In this document: piece after piece, positions 63,056 to 64,000 of the stretch
How positions within the stretch are numbered: position 1 is the stretch's first letter
How the letters are laid out: each line of letters begins with the position of its first letter
Assembly (NCBI RefSeq): GCF_964355755.1
Contig: NC_092678.1
Coordinates: forward strand, 20,415,365 to 20,479,364
DNA length: 64,000 nucleotides
From: Antedon mediterranea
Taxonomy: Eukaryota; Animalia; Echinodermata
Reading direction: 5' to 3'
The notes under the pieces: model-generated
Databases searched by the model: none
What the model was told of the DNA's origin: nothing
What the model saw: only the letters and a program-made list of their open reading frames with translations
Translations under genes and position numbers: made by a program

Positions 63056-64000
63056 ATTTCTCTATTACTGTAAACAAAAAATTCAGTAGTATTGATAATA
63101 TATTATAATTTCATTTCAAAATGTTTTCTTAATTTATGACGTACTGTATACAATACAAACATTGGAAATAGTTATGAAAGTTAAAAAAATCAATACTGGT
63201 AAAAATGAAACATTGAAAGAAATTTATTCTCGGATGGAGCAGTGACCTCAATATTGTAAAAGAGATATAGCTATAATTAGATCATTAACTTTCTGAATAT
63301 TAATATATGCCAAATTTTAGAGTAGGCCTGTTGCAATACAGTTTCACCAAACTCTGTTTACATTTAAAAAGGTCAAAGCAGACTGACTGATTGCTTAATA
63401 ATGGTGATGATGTAATATACACAGCAGCAAATTTTGATTTTAATCTTTGGAATTAAACAAACAATACTGTAAGTTTCATATATGATTTGTCCTAAACCTA
63501 GACTACATAGGCCTAGTCGTTATTGGATTATTAAATTCTATATACAGTCTATTACTTCTTGTCCAAAAAAAAGTACCATAAGAAATGCTTATTAGAATCA
63601 ATACAACTTAATGAAATAGATACCAATTAAGTTAGCTAAGTATAAACTTATATGCCTTCTTCCTAGTACGTTTAGTAAGAATTACAATGTGTTAAATAGT
63701 CTAGGGCCTCCTAGGCCTAGCCTAGGCCTTCGGCTAGGCCTAGCTAGCCTAGCCTATATTAATCAGGGAATTTCCCGCAACAGGCACCGGTCAGTAAATC
63801 CGTGCGTCGCGTGAGGCGTAGGCCTATCCTAACTTTAAAACACTGCAAAAACTACCTACTTCTTACCTGTATATTAAGCTATAAATGTAGTATTATGTTT
63901 AACATCCTTCTTTATTGCTCTCCGCTACAGAAATACGATTTGGTAATTTCTGGATTTCTAAAATACACAATTGGAAATTCCAGAATCTAATTGAGTAATC

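Overview
AT-rich, intron-containing animal DNA, most likely an invertebrate deuterostome such as an echinoderm (inferred from gene and repeat style, not proven). From left to right: (1) ~1-23.7 kb, a head-to-tail array of intronless ~290-aa rhodopsin-class 7TM receptors with 8 uninterrupted ORFs (the first cut by the window edge), one frameshifted copy and two decayed remnants; (2) two tandem, apparently intact multi-exon amidase-signature amidases of a bacterial-like CX3C type on the minus strand; (3) a pleckstrin-family PH-DEP-PH gene (minus) head-to-head with ATP23 (plus); (4) a NEMO/optineurin-family gene (minus). Mobile DNA includes two TTAA-flanked Kolobok-type non-autonomous elements (one splits a LINE ORF cleanly, the other has convergent splice-site patterns), several MITE families, HINE-like and tRNA-derived SINE-like repeats, and a Penelope-type minimal hammerhead remnant. 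The most unusual signal is four 19-49-bp CAT(G/A)GAGGT...CCTC(C/T)ATG palindromes between 7-bp duplications, which resemble P-element excision footprints. All exon boundaries and alignments were read by eye, and repeat coordinates are approximate unless a target-site duplication (TSD) is quoted.
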